Shown piece after piece: positions 8,838 through 17,305 of a DNA stretch of 64,000 bases. The first letter of the stretch is position 1. Each line of letters begins with the position of its first letter. A program made the position numbers and the translations under genes. The notes under the pieces are model-generated. The model had not been told where the DNA came from. It saw only the letters and a list, made by a program, of their open reading frames with translations, and made no database searches. This DNA comes from Eubacteriales bacterium (lineage in GTDB: Bacteria; Bacillota; Clostridia; Oscillospirales; CAG-272): the NCBI GenBank assembly GCA_045632925.1, contig JAZQXP010000067.1, positions 2,209-66,208 of the forward strand, read 5' to 3'.

Positions 8838-10673
8838 TTACTGTTCTATCGCGTCAGAACCGAAGTAGCTCAGTACGTTTTCCGAGAAAACGTAGATCTG
8901 AAATCCCTTTGCATCATTGGGATTCTCGTAATGTCTCAGATAGTATTCGTCCATCCAGCTCTGCCAGGTCTTGGTAGTGAACACCTTTTTATATTCGGAA
9001 GCCGAAAGGATAATGAAATACTCGTCGACTCCCTCCTGATCGTTGTACCAATTAAGGCTCGACTGATAATGGCGTCCGATAACGCCGTCGCGCTCGTTGA
9101 TATCCATATTGCGGACACGGACCTCGGAGTTTGACAGCACCGTTATCGCCTGCGAATACCAGAAGGTCGCGTAGCCGTATTCAAGTCCCTCAGAAACGAG
9201 GAATTCGGCAAGGCGGTGGTTGGTGTTATCCCTTCCGTAATCGGCGGGAAGCTTATCGATCTCCTTGGCAAAAACGAGCGAAGAAGCAAGCAGTACCGCA
9301 AGTACGAGCGAGCAGACTCTCGAGAGCACGACCGCGCCCGACTTTTTCGCCGAGACCTCGATCTCGGGAAGCTCCTCGGGGAGTATTTCGCCGTCATAAA
9401 GCTCGGCATCAGCCTCCGTAGGCTCTGCGATCTCTTCTTTTTCTTCAACTTTAATTAATCCGAAATCCGAAACAAGCTCGCGAAGTCCGCAAACGCAGAG
9501 CATTATCGAGCTTCCGAGAATGGGGGTAAGTCTCCAATTTGCCGCGCTGAGCTCACCGCAGATGTAACCGAACAGCACGACCGCTGTCAGCACGAAATGC
9601 GCCCAGACCATAACCTTCGTGCCCCTTGATCTGAGCTTGCCGTAGAGGCAGAGGATCACGATCGGCATAACGATCAGAATGATTCCGACAACGATTCGGA
9701 AGAAATATTTCAGCGACTCGACGTCAAAGAGAGGAGCGTTCTTCTCCATATCGACTCCGAGGAGCGAGAAATAGTGGTTTACAAACTTCTGCGCGTTCGA
9801 GAGCCACGCGGAAACCTCCGACCAGCCCGAATATCCTGCGGCATAGCCGGCTTTGATCTCACCGTCGTTTGTAATCTTGACAAGAACCTCGAGTCCGATC
9901 AGCGTGCCCGCAACAGAAAGTGCTGCAGCCGCAAGAGACGGGAGCGATTTTTGGGAGATAATTCCTTCTCCGCCCGCAAAGATCCTCTCTGCGGCAAAGG
10001 CGGCGATGGCGGGAAGCAGGGTCAGAACGAGGACCTGCATACCGTTTGTCGCGCTTCCGATCGAAACGCCGAGCAAAAGCAGTGCCCAGATAACCGTGCT
10101 TATCTTCTTGCCCTTCTCGATCGAATCGGCAACTCGCAATCCGAGTCCAAGCAAGTAAAACAGCAGAACGATTCCAAGGCTGTAATAGATCGTATGACCC
10201 CACATCATCTCGCGGAGCTTATCCGAGCAGGAAAGCACCATAAATACCGCGAAGACCGATGTACTACTCCAAAGATGGCTCAGCTTCGCGCTTCTTGCGA
10301 GGAAATAAATGCTTCCCGCGAAGAGAACGGCAAAGATCGCCATACCGAGATTGTGCGCCGTCATGCCGAAGCCGAAGATCTTTATCAGCGGCTGCATGAT
10401 CCATACCGTGGAAAACGGCAGAAGGGCGGCGTAGTTATACTGATCGTCAAAAATTCCGTTGCCCTCAAGCGCCGCATTTGCCCAATAGAGCGTGTCGGTG
10501 CAATCGGAGTGGAAATATCCCTCTCCGGGGCCATAGATATAATAGAAAGCAAGGTAGAGCGCGGCTATCATCGGCAGGCAGGCAAGAACGGCAAATGCGA
10601 TCCTGAACCAAAGCTTATTCGTGACTCCGCGCAGCTTGTCCCTTCCTTCGGTGAATATTCCCGAATTCATCAT
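8838..10673 (-). CDS. polytopic membrane protein, GT-C-fold glycosyltransferase-like
   Basis: About 12 predicted TM segments. First-loop DTLYWANA motif resembles the PMT/ArnT DExxY motif. Has a C-terminal soluble domain. ATGA overlap with the upstream gene. Confidence 0.6.
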   Translation of the reverse strand: MMNSGIFTEGRDKLRGVTNKLWFRIAFAVLACLPMIAALYLAFYYIYGPGEGYFHSDCTDTLYWANAALEGNGIFDDQYNYAALLPFSTVWIMQPLIKIFGFGMTAHNLGMAIFAVLFAGSIYFLARSAKLSHLWSSTSVFAVFMVLSCSDKLREMMWGHTIYYSLGIVLLFYLLGLGLRVADSIEKGKKISTVIWALLLLGVSIGSATNGMQVLVLTLLPAIAAFAAERIFAGGEGIISQKSLPSLAAAALSVAGTLIGLEVLVKITNDGEIKAGYAAGYSGWSEVSAWLSNAQKFVNHYFSLLGVDMEKNAPLFDVESLKYFFRIVVGIILIVMPIVILCLYGKLRSRGTKVMVWAHFVLTAVVLFGYICGELSAANWRLTPILGSSIMLCVCGLRELVSDFGLIKVEEKEEIAEPTEADAELYDGEILPEELPEIEVSAKKSGAVVLSRVCSLVLAVLLASSLVFAKEIDKLPADYGRDNTNHRLAEFLVSEGLEYGYATFWYSQAITVLSNSEVRVRNMDINERDGVIGRHYQSSLNWYNDQEGVDEYFIILSASEYKKVFTTKTWQSWMDEYYLRHYENPNDAKGFQIYVFSENVLSYFGSDAIEQ

Positions 10674-12229
10674 TTGTTCTCGCTCTCGGTCTTTTCCTCG
10701 TGATATTCCTTCTCGGTGTTTACAGCCCAGACGGTTGCCTTGTCGCGACTTCCGTTCGAGATAGAACGAACCGCCTCAACCGCGGTGAGCATAGAGTGGT
10801 CCATATTGTTGTATCTGTGCTGACCGTTACGTCCGATGCACCAGAGGTTGTCGATGCCCGAAAGGTAATCCTTGACGGTATCGAACTCGGAATAGGTATC
10901 GAAATATGCGGGGTAAGCCTTCTTGACCTTGATGCGGGTCGAATCCTTGACGTCCTTCGGGTCTATAACGTCGATCTTCGCAAGCTCCGCGATAGCAAAA
11001 TCGATGAATTCCTTGTCGCTCATCTCCCAGAGATCGTCGCCCTCGTTGCAGAAATACTCGAGACCGATCCAAACGGTGTTCTCGGGGTCGGCAACAAGGT
11101 AGGGGGACCAGTTATTGAAGATCTGAAGTCTGCCGAGACGAACCTCGCGCTCCTGAACGTAGATCCAGCAGTCGGGCACGTTGCCTGTAAGGGTCTTTAC
11201 CTTGGTCTTGTTTTCAAGAAGAAGCTTGTCAACCAGGAGACCTACGGTGATGTAGTCGCGGTAAGGAAGTCCGTCGGCGATGCGGTGAACGTCGGCGGGT
11301 ACGGCGTCACCCATACCGTTTACGAGATCGCGAACGGGCATAGTCGAGAAGAACTCGTCGCCCTTGAATTCGCGTCCGTCGGCGGAGATAACGCTTGTGA
11401 CCTTTCCGTCCTCGAGTTTGATATCCTTGACAGAGCAGTTCATAACGATCTCGCCGCCCATCTCCTTGATGTCGTTTGCGAGAGCCTCCCAAAGCTGACC
11501 GGGGCCGAGCTTCGGATAGTAATACTGCTCGATAAGCGAGGTCTCAACCTTGTCCTTCGGGCGGAAGGGCTTGGAAATTACGTTCCAGACCGCCTTCATA
11601 AGAGACAGACCCTTGACTCTCTGCGCGCCCCAATCGGCGGAGATCTGCGAGGGATGGCGTCCCCAGAGATTTTCGGTATAATCCTCAAAGAACATTTCAT
11701 AGAGAGGTCTGCCGAAGCGGTTGATATAGAAATTCTCGAGCGAATCCTCGGGCTTCTTGACTATACAGCTTCCGAGATATCCGAATCCCGACTTCATCGT
11801 GCGGACAAAGCCCATATTCTTGAAGGTCTCGGGCTTGAGCGAGATCGGGTAATCGAAGAATTTGTGGAGGAAGAGGATGCGCGAGATACGGTTACGGAGC
11901 AGGAAAACTCTGTCCTCAGTCTCGGGATCGGGGCCGCCCTCGGCAAGATCCTTCTCTACTCCGAGCTTCTTGTCGTCGTATGCGGGTGCGCCCTGAAGGG
12001 GCATAAGCTCGCGCCAAAGCTCGTTCACTTCCTCGTTCTTCGAGAAGAAACGGTGTCCGCCGAGGTCCATGCGGTTGCCGTTGTAGCGCGCGGTACGCGA
12101 AATACCGCCGATATATTCGCTCTCTTCAAGGATTATCGGCTTGATGTCGGTCTCCTTGAGAAGCTTGTAAGCGGCTGTCAGACCCGCAGGTCCCGCGCCG
12201 ATGATGATTGCTGTTTTCTTTTCGCTCAT
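10670..12229 (-). CDS. NAD(P)/FAD-dependent oxidoreductase (UDP-galactopyranose-mutase/amine-oxidase-like)
   Basis: N-terminal Rossmann [25 protein letters not shown]. Confidence 0.75.
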   Translation of the reverse strand: MSEKKTAIIIGAGPAGLTAAYKLLKETDIKPIILEESEYIGGISRTARYNGNRMDLGGHRFFSKNEEVNELWRELMPLQGAPAYDDKKLGVEKDLAEGGPDPETEDRVFLLRNRISRILFLHKFFDYPISLKPETFKNMGFVRTMKSGFGYLGSCIVKKPEDSLENFYINRFGRPLYEMFFEDYTENLWGRHPSQISADWGAQRVKGLSLMKAVWNVISKPFRPKDKVETSLIEQYYYPKLGPGQLWEALANDIKEMGGEIVMNCSVKDIKLEDGKVTSVISADGREFKGDEFFSTMPVRDLVNGMGDAVPADVHRIADGLPYRDYITVGLLVDKLLLENKTKVKTLTGNVPDCWIYVQEREVRLGRLQIFNNWSPYLVADPENTVWIGLEYFCNEGDDLWEMSDKEFIDFAIAELAKIDVIDPKDVKDSTRIKVKKAYPAYFDTYSEFDTVKDYLSGIDNLWCIGRNGQHRYNNMDHSMLTAVEAVRSISNGSRDKATVWAVNTEKEYHEEKTESENK

Positions 12230-12317
12230 TTTTTATTCTCCTGTGTATTGTACTACATTATATAAGACGGATTTTGTCGCAAAAGGTTTCACGAAATCCG
12301 AAATTTTTTCTGATTTT

Positions 12318-12591
12318 TAGAGTGACAAGAATAATCCGAACTAGCCCGTAAGCCTTACTTTTTGATGCTTTTGGGCTTGTCGTCCTAGCAAGGTTGATAC
12401 CTTGCGTCGTTCTCCGCACCCAAAATCATCTAAAAATTAAGGCTTGCGGGTCGGAGATTTTTTGGCTGACAAATATTTGTCAGCGGCAGGAAAACGCCGA
12501 AGATTGTATATTAATACTATCAAGGTGTTTGACGAACCGATGGCGAATATTTGACGCCATAAAACTAGTTCGTATTATTCTTGTCACTCTA
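12318..12591. mobile_element. 274-bp TIR-bounded non-autonomous element candidate (MITE-like)
   Basis: 27-bp terminal inverted repeats TAGAGTGACAAGAATAAT(C/A)CGAACTAG at 12318-12344 and 12565-12591 (one mismatch). The interior is full of short hairpins and has no ORF. Confidence 0.55.
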
Positions 12592-13278
12592 TTCAAGCGG
12601 CTCGAGACCGTAGTCCGCGAGCTTTTCGGGATAGATCCATTTCTGAGAATCGACCTCAAGCTCGCCCTCTTCATCGGGAAGATAGACGGCGTAGCAATAG
12701 ATGTCGGTCTCGGAGAAATAGCTGAATCGGTTCATCGCGCGAACCTCAAGCCGTCCGTGCTCGGTCCAGCCGTAGATATACTCGTCCTCGCGAAGCTCGT
12801 ACATCGGCGGCTCGTTTGCGTAAGTAGGCTCGTCGATGCGGCTCTCGACCTTATAGCTGACGATGCCCTCGCCGAATATCGGAGCGGTGACGCCCGAAAG
12901 CTTCGATTCAAGCTTGAACTCGCCGTCCTTATTCATATAGAAGAGATACTTCTCTTCCCCGGGCGTGCGGTTTTTCAGGACTGTGAAATCCTCGTCCCCG
13001 TCGCCGTCAAGATCACGGAGGGTAAAGCCGTAATTTTCCTTATCGTCGGAAAGCCAGGGCTCGTTGACGCGGTATTCGGTCTCGATCGAGGTGATCTCTG
13101 CTCCGCTATCACGGTCAATGACGGAGATCCTCGTTATCGCATTCGGCGAGCCGAAAAGCACGTAGGTATAATCCTCTCCCTCAACGCGGCAGAGCTCACT
13201 TCCGCCCGAGCAGGCGGTAACTGCGGCCAAAAGTATAAATAAAAAAATAATTGCTGAAAAAAATTTTTTTGCGGTCAT
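12589..13278 (-). CDS. hypothetical lipoprotein with DLDGDGDED (FG-GAP/VCBS-like) motif
   Basis: Lipobox VTAC. Good codon usage. The TAG stop lies inside the right TIR of the 12318-12591 element. Confidence 0.7.
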   Translation of the reverse strand: MTAKKFFSAIIFLFILLAAVTACSGGSELCRVEGEDYTYVLFGSPNAITRISVIDRDSGAEITSIETEYRVNEPWLSDDKENYGFTLRDLDGDGDEDFTVLKNRTPGEEKYLFYMNKDGEFKLESKLSGVTAPIFGEGIVSYKVESRIDEPTYANEPPMYELREDEYIYGWTEHGRLEVRAMNRFSYFSETDIYCYAVYLPDEEGELEVDSQKWIYPEKLADYGLEPLE

Positions 13279-13460
13279 AATTTGCCTTTCTTTACATAAG
13301 CATAGTTATGTAATATATATTATACACTCAAATCAAGAAAAAGTAAAGAGGTTTTTGTCGATTTTCACATAAAAAGCCCCGAAAATTAACCATGTTTTTG
13401 GTTGAAACAAGAAAAAGCAAAAAAATCTGAAAAAAAATCAAAAAAACTTTCAAAAAAGTG

Positions 13461-13489
13461 TTGACAAATCGATTAACTTGTGGTATAAT
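13461..13489 (+). promoter_or_regulatory. tRNA operon promoter TTGACA-17-TATAAT (extended TG) with upstream A-tracts
   Basis: Consensus hexamers at 13461-13466 and 13484-13489. Poly-A UP-like region at 13400-13458. Confidence 0.8.
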
Positions 13490-13521
13490 AATACCCGTCG
13501 CCGATGAGGCGCAAAAATCAT

Positions 13522-13597
13522 GGGAGCATAGCTCAGCTGGGAGAGCATCTGCCTTACAAGCAGAGGGTCATAGGTTCGAGCCCTATTGTTCCCACCA
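13522..13597 (+). tRNA. tRNA-Val (UAC)
   Basis: Cloverleaf folded by hand. Anticodon loop CUUACAA. Encoded CCA. Confidence 0.9.
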
Positions 13598-13601
13598 TGA
13601 T

Positions 13602-13678
13602 GGCCCGGTAGCTCAGTTGGTTAGAGCGCCAGCCTGTCACGCTGGAGGTCGTGGGTTCGAGCCCCATCCGGGTCGCCA
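13602..13678 (+). tRNA. tRNA-Asp (GUC)
   Basis: Cloverleaf. Anticodon loop CUGUCAC. Encoded CCA. Confidence 0.9.
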
Positions 13679-13704
13679 TCATAAATACAGCGCCCTTGCT
13701 GTAT

Positions 13705-13780
13705 GCCTCTGTAGCTCAGTTGGTAGAGCAGGGGACTGAAAATCCCCGTGTCGTTGGTTCAATTCCGACCGGAGGCACCA
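13705..13780 (+). tRNA. tRNA-Phe (GAA)
   Basis: Cloverleaf. Anticodon loop CUGAAAA. Encoded CCA. Confidence 0.9.
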
Positions 13781-13783
13781 CCT

Positions 13784-13859
13784 GCGGATTTAGCTCATTT
13801 GGTAGAGCGCAACCTTGCCAAGGTTGAGGTGGCGGGTTCGATCCCCGTAATCCGCTCCA
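13784..13859 (+). tRNA. tRNA-Gly (GCC), copy 1
   Basis: Cloverleaf. Anticodon loop UUGCCAA. Encoded CCA. Identical to 15827-15902. Confidence 0.9.
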
Positions 13860-13896
13860 AAAACACGGGTACGTTATAACGTACCCGTTATTATTA

Positions 13897-13970
13897 GGCG
13901 CCATGGCCAAGCGGTAAGGCAAAGGTCTGCAACACCTCTATCCCCGGTCCGATTCCGGGTGGCGCCCCCA
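13897..13970 (+). tRNA. tRNA-Cys (GCA)
   Basis: Cloverleaf. Anticodon loop CUGCAAC. Encoded CCA. A hairpin (13866-13889) separates it from tRNA-Gly. Confidence 0.85.
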
Positions 13971-14006
13971 AAAAATTCCGAAAGCTTTTGCTTTCGGAAT
14001 TTTTTA
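13971..14006 (+). terminator. intrinsic terminator after the tRNA cluster
   Basis: ATTCCGAAAGC-TTTT-GCTTTCGGAAT followed by TTTTT. Confidence 0.8.
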
Positions 14007-14241
14007 TCCAAGCCGACGAAGGAGGCTTGGTATGTAATCAATGCGCTTGCGCATTGTATGTAATTGCGACGGAGTCGCGTATGGCATCACGCGCAAGCAT
14101 GCATATTCGTCGGCTTGATAACATACATTCCTTCGGAATGATTCCATGCAGCCCTTACGGGCTGAGGACATACCGCCTGCGGCGGATTTCATCCACGGCT
14201 ACGCCGTGATTTTGATGCGAAGGACGCGAAAGGAGAACGAA

Positions 14242-14595
14242 ATGGCAAAAAATCTTTTACTTGAATATTCCGAAGCGCTTGCTACAAAGTGTGAGTTGCT
14301 CTGTAAATCCATGAACAGCAATTCCAACACCGTTTTTCAGCTTCGCAAATCCTCGTCAAGCGTGTTCGCAAATATCACTGAGGCGCAGTATCCTCAAAGC
14401 CTTGCCGATATGCTCTCTAAATTCAAGATTGCAAGAAAAGAGTGCACGGAAACAGAGTCTTGGCTCAAATTGCTTTATAATACAAAGGTGATCGACGAAG
14501 CGACCTTCAAAACCTATCGCAACCTCTGTGGCAGAATACAGAGAATGCTCACCTCATCGTGTATCACGATTGAAAAGAAAATTGATAAAAAATAA
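14242..14595 (+). CDS. four-helix-bundle protein (23S rRNA IVS protein / Avd family)
   Basis: 117 aa and all-helical. Family-typical SSSSVFANITEA and ARKECTETESWLKLL segments. AAAGGAGA RBS. Confidence 0.7.
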   Translation: MAKNLLLEYSEALATKCELLCKSMNSNSNTVFQLRKSSSSVFANITEAQYPQSLADMLSKFKIARKECTETESWLKLLYNTKVIDEATFKTYRNLCGRIQRMLTSSCITIEKKIDKK

Positions 14596-14923
14596 TTTTC
14601 AAAAACTTATCTGGACTTATTACTTCCTTTCGGTATAATGGTGTTTACCAAAGACCGAAAGGAAGTTTTTATATGGAATACGAACTCAAACACTATTACC
14701 GAGTAAAATACGCGCTCGTCTGCGCGCGGCAAAGCTTTCTCAAAGAACCGCCGAAGGACGATTTCGAGGAATATGCCAAAAGGTGATCGGTCGCGCATAT
14801 TTCCTCGTTCTTAATAAAATTGATGAACTCAATGGCACGAATGAAAGGCTATTGAAATATTATAAAGAGAATATTGAAAAATACCCTAAAGTGTGATATA
14901 ATACTTTAGAAAGGAGTGATAAT

Positions 14924-15427
14924 ATGGCTATTTGGTATGAAGTTGAACATTCAAAAAAAGGTATTCATAATTTTATGGAGTGCAATTGGCACTTTCATGA
15001 TTTCACGATTGAGCGTGTTAATTATCTATCCGATAGTCACACGGCGGAACTTTTCTTAAAGTATGATGAGTTAGAAGATAGCATTATTCTCCGTTTCATT
15101 GGTGTACACTCCATGAATATAAACATTCAAGTTGATATGGGATATATAAGCGATATTATGGGCAGTGTATTGCTTTTGCTTAAAAATGGACATTTTCTGT
15201 GGATTGACGATGACCAATGGGGAGATCAAAGCATTGACCATATTGATGAACTCAAAAGGGAATCCTCTTGGATACAAGCTGAGCGATTAATTTGGGCAAC
15301 AACTGACAGTAACGGTGATCCTACAGAACTTCCTACACATAAAATAGATCAGACATGGAACGTTTATGGAAAAATTGAACATCACCACTTTGATCTAACA
15401 CCGCTTGACGAAGCTAAATATTTATAG
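14924..15427 (+). CDS. hypothetical protein (167 aa), AT-rich, immunity-protein-like guess
   Basis: Own promoter TTGAAA-17-TATAAT (14874-14902) and AAGGAG RBS. No recognisable motifs. Confidence 0.5.
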   Translation: MAIWYEVEHSKKGIHNFMECNWHFHDFTIERVNYLSDSHTAELFLKYDELEDSIILRFIGVHSMNINIQVDMGYISDIMGSVLLLLKNGHFLWIDDDQWGDQSIDHIDELKRESSWIQAERLIWATTDSNGDPTELPTHKIDQTWNVYGKIEHHHFDLTPLDEAKYL

Positions 15428-15785
15428 GCATCTTTTTTGGAGGCGCCACTCCTTCATCGGATCGGGCTCGGCGTTTCAATCGAAATCGGGCGCACTTCTC
15501 TTCACTTTCTCATCCGATAATATCGGGAATCTCAATGTAGCCGAATCCGGTCCGCATTCGCCTCTCGGAGATCGACAATCTCGCTTGCCAGGCGGAGAGC
15601 GAGCGAATATTCGCGCGACGCGCGAAATTCCGGGAATTTGGCTAAACTATTGCAAACTGCCCCAAAGTGTGTAATAATAACCTCAGGAAGGCGGAAAAAA
15701 ATTAAAACCTTCTTCTCTTATTTGTATTTTTCATCATTATTTCTTGTTGCTCTTGCACAGCTACACACGAATTTTTCTTTTCCTC

Positions 15786-15814
15786 TTGACTTTTCTTCCC
15801 TTTTATGCTATAAT
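15786..15814 (+). promoter_or_regulatory. promoter TTGACT-17-TATAAT for the second tRNA-Gly
   Basis: Hexamers at 15786-15791 and 15809-15814. Confidence 0.75.
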
Positions 15815-15826
15815 ATTAATGTTAAT

Positions 15827-15902
15827 GCGGATTTAGCTCATTTGGTAGAGCGCAACCTTGCCAAGGTTGAGGTGGCGGGTTCGATCCCCGTAATCCGCTC
15901 CA
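15827..15902 (+). tRNA. tRNA-Gly (GCC), copy 2
   Basis: 76/76 identical to 13784-13859. Confidence 0.9.
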
Positions 15903-15903
15903 G

Positions 15904-15939
15904 AAAAAAGCACATCTGCAACGCAGATGTGCTTTTTTT
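15904..15939 (+). terminator. intrinsic terminator
   Basis: AAAAAAGCACATCTGC-AACG-CAGATGTGCTTTTTTT. Confidence 0.85.
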
Positions 15940-15943
15940 CAGC

Positions 15944-16115
15944 TAAATCCGTCCTTGCGGACGGGGTAAATCCCACTATCGTGGGATGAAATCACTTCGT
16001 GATGAAATCCGACTTTGTCGGGAAAAAAGGACGGATTTAATTTCATCTGAGGCGGAACGCCCAAGATTTCATCCGAGCCGTGCGAGGATTTCATCGCGCC
16101 TCTCGCGATTTCATT
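15944..16115. repeat. array of GATTTCATC motifs interleaved with short hairpins
   Basis: Two inverted copies (GATGAAATC at 15985, 16001) then four direct copies (16039, 16065, 16087, 16107), spaced 16-26 nt apart. Small GC hairpins lie between them. Confidence 0.7.
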
Positions 16116-16127
16116 TTCCAAAGCATC

Positions 16128-16156
16128 TTGCAATCCGCCACAAAGTATGCTATAAT
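16128..16156 (+). promoter_or_regulatory. promoter TTGCAA-17-TATAAT
   Basis: Hexamers at 16128-16133 and 16151-16156, 26 nt upstream of ATG 16182. Confidence 0.6.
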
Positions 16157-16181
16157 AAACCCAAGAAAGGCGGTATTCACA

Positions 16182-17270
16182 ATGAGCAATTTCGGAATAA
16201 ACGTATTCGATTTCGGCGCGAAGGGCGACGGTATTACCGACGACACCGCGGCGATCCAATCTGCCATCAACTATGCCTCCGAAAGAGGAGGCGGGCGTAT
16301 TCTCTTCCCTTACACCAAGGGCGGTTACCGTCTAGCATCTCCCGGAATAGAAGAGTATAACGGGCGTAAGGTCCGCGCACAGCTTGTAATCCCTCCCGAA
16401 AACGACGCTAATATTTTCCTCGAGGGAGAAATGCCCTGCAAGATGCTGTATTCCTATCAAGTGCGTCCGCTCAGCGCAACAGAGCATAATTTCACTCCTA
16501 CGACCTTCGGAAGTCAATCGGTAAACAATACCCGTCTGTTTTCGGATTGGGAGGCTCCCGAGATACACGATCCCACGGAACGCCCGTGGTCGATCATATC
16601 CGCTCCCGAGGGCGACAGCTGCAAGGGACGTTTCAGCCTCTCGCACTTTTCGATGGCAAATCTCGAATTCCGTGTCAGAATGGACACGAACAAAATGTAC
16701 CCCACCCAAAGTGCCGCGAACCTGCAGAATATTTCCCGCGTGTGGATCAGCGATTGCCAATTTTGCCTCAACGAAAGCGTCGGCGATACGCTCAAGGAAA
16801 AGGAATTGCAGGAGAATCCCTGCCACACGGTCGGACTTATGACCTCGGGCGATCAGAACGACAACAACGTTCTCCGCAACGTCGCCACTCAGGGCTTCAA
16901 GTACGGCTTTGTACTCGGCGAGCACGTGGTAGCCGATTATCTATATATTCACAACTGCGAAAACGGAATCGCATTCCACGATTGCTCCCACCTCTCCGTC
17001 ATCAATCACATAGTGGCGCAGCACAACCGCCGCATCGTCACCACCGCGCCCGATATGCTCTTCGGACACGCAAAAGGTCCCTGCAACGTCATTATCCAAA
17101 GTCTGAATTTCGAGTGCGGTACGGGGCTGAAGCCTGAAATATCTCAGCTCGAATACGGTGTTTACGATCCCGACTGCCGCCTACGCGGAAGCCTTTGCTG
17201 GCATAAGCCCTGGGGCAAGAAGGAATTTCCCGCGGTTTGCGGAGATAGATTCGCAATATCGAAATTTTAA
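16182..17270 (+). CDS. right-handed beta-helix protein (pectate-lyase-3 / GH55-like superfamily)
   Basis: N-terminal FGAKGDGITDDTAAIQSAINYA signature. No signal peptide. Start chosen by RBS GAAAGG. Confidence 0.7.
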   Translation: MSNFGINVFDFGAKGDGITDDTAAIQSAINYASERGGGRILFPYTKGGYRLASPGIEEYNGRKVRAQLVIPPENDANIFLEGEMPCKMLYSYQVRPLSATEHNFTPTTFGSQSVNNTRLFSDWEAPEIHDPTERPWSIISAPEGDSCKGRFSLSHFSMANLEFRVRMDTNKMYPTQSAANLQNISRVWISDCQFCLNESVGDTLKEKELQENPCHTVGLMTSGDQNDNNVLRNVATQGFKYGFVLGEHVVADYLYIHNCENGIAFHDCSHLSVINHIVAQHNRRIVTTAPDMLFGHAKGPCNVIIQSLNFECGTGLKPEISQLEYGVYDPDCRLRGSLCWHKPWGKKEFPAVCGDRFAISKF

Positions 17271-17305
17271 CCCGACAATAACCTTTGACCACGGAGGGAT
17301 TTACC

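Noticed and set aside
8838-12229. A possible link between the FAD-oxidoreductase/GT-C pair and the dlt-like/LtaS cluster as one envelope locus.
   Set aside because: They are more than 30 kb apart with many unrelated genes between them. Nothing in the sequence connects them.
10700-12265. 521-aa plus-strand ORF. Similar long ORFs occur at 27088-28734, 20390-21805, 51379-52407, 60957-62243, 62409-63608, 30758-31783, 59-1099 and 2657-3625.
   Set aside because: Each lies antisense to a gene with strong family motifs. They have no RBS, their composition is low-complexity (Arg/Leu/Val-rich), and they are explained by the host's avoidance of TTA/CTA/TCA codons.
13458-13922. ORFs 13458-13739(+) and 13716-13922(-) across the tRNA cluster.
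   Set aside because: The sequence folds into five canonical tRNAs with encoded CCA. The ORFs are artefacts.
14242-14595. A diversity-generating retroelement, suggested by the Avd-family gene.
   Set aside because: No reverse transcriptase, no TR/VR repeat pair and no C-type-lectin or Ig-like target gene lies nearby. Only the accessory-protein homolog is present.
14673-14786. 37-codon ORF (MEYELKHYYRVKYALVCARQSFLKEPPKDDFEEYAKR) after the 14622-14666 hairpin.
   Set aside because: There is no convincing RBS and no recognisable family. It may be a gene remnant, but evidence is too thin to annotate.
15440-15640. GC-rich patch that might be a pseudogene. A minus-frame peptide (..EFRASREYSLALRLASEIVDLREANADRIRLH*) vaguely resembles the N-terminus of a four-helix-bundle protein.
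   Set aside because: The open frames are short and interrupted, and the similarity is only an impression. The region also contains perfect palindromes, which are more consistent with non-coding repeat DNA.
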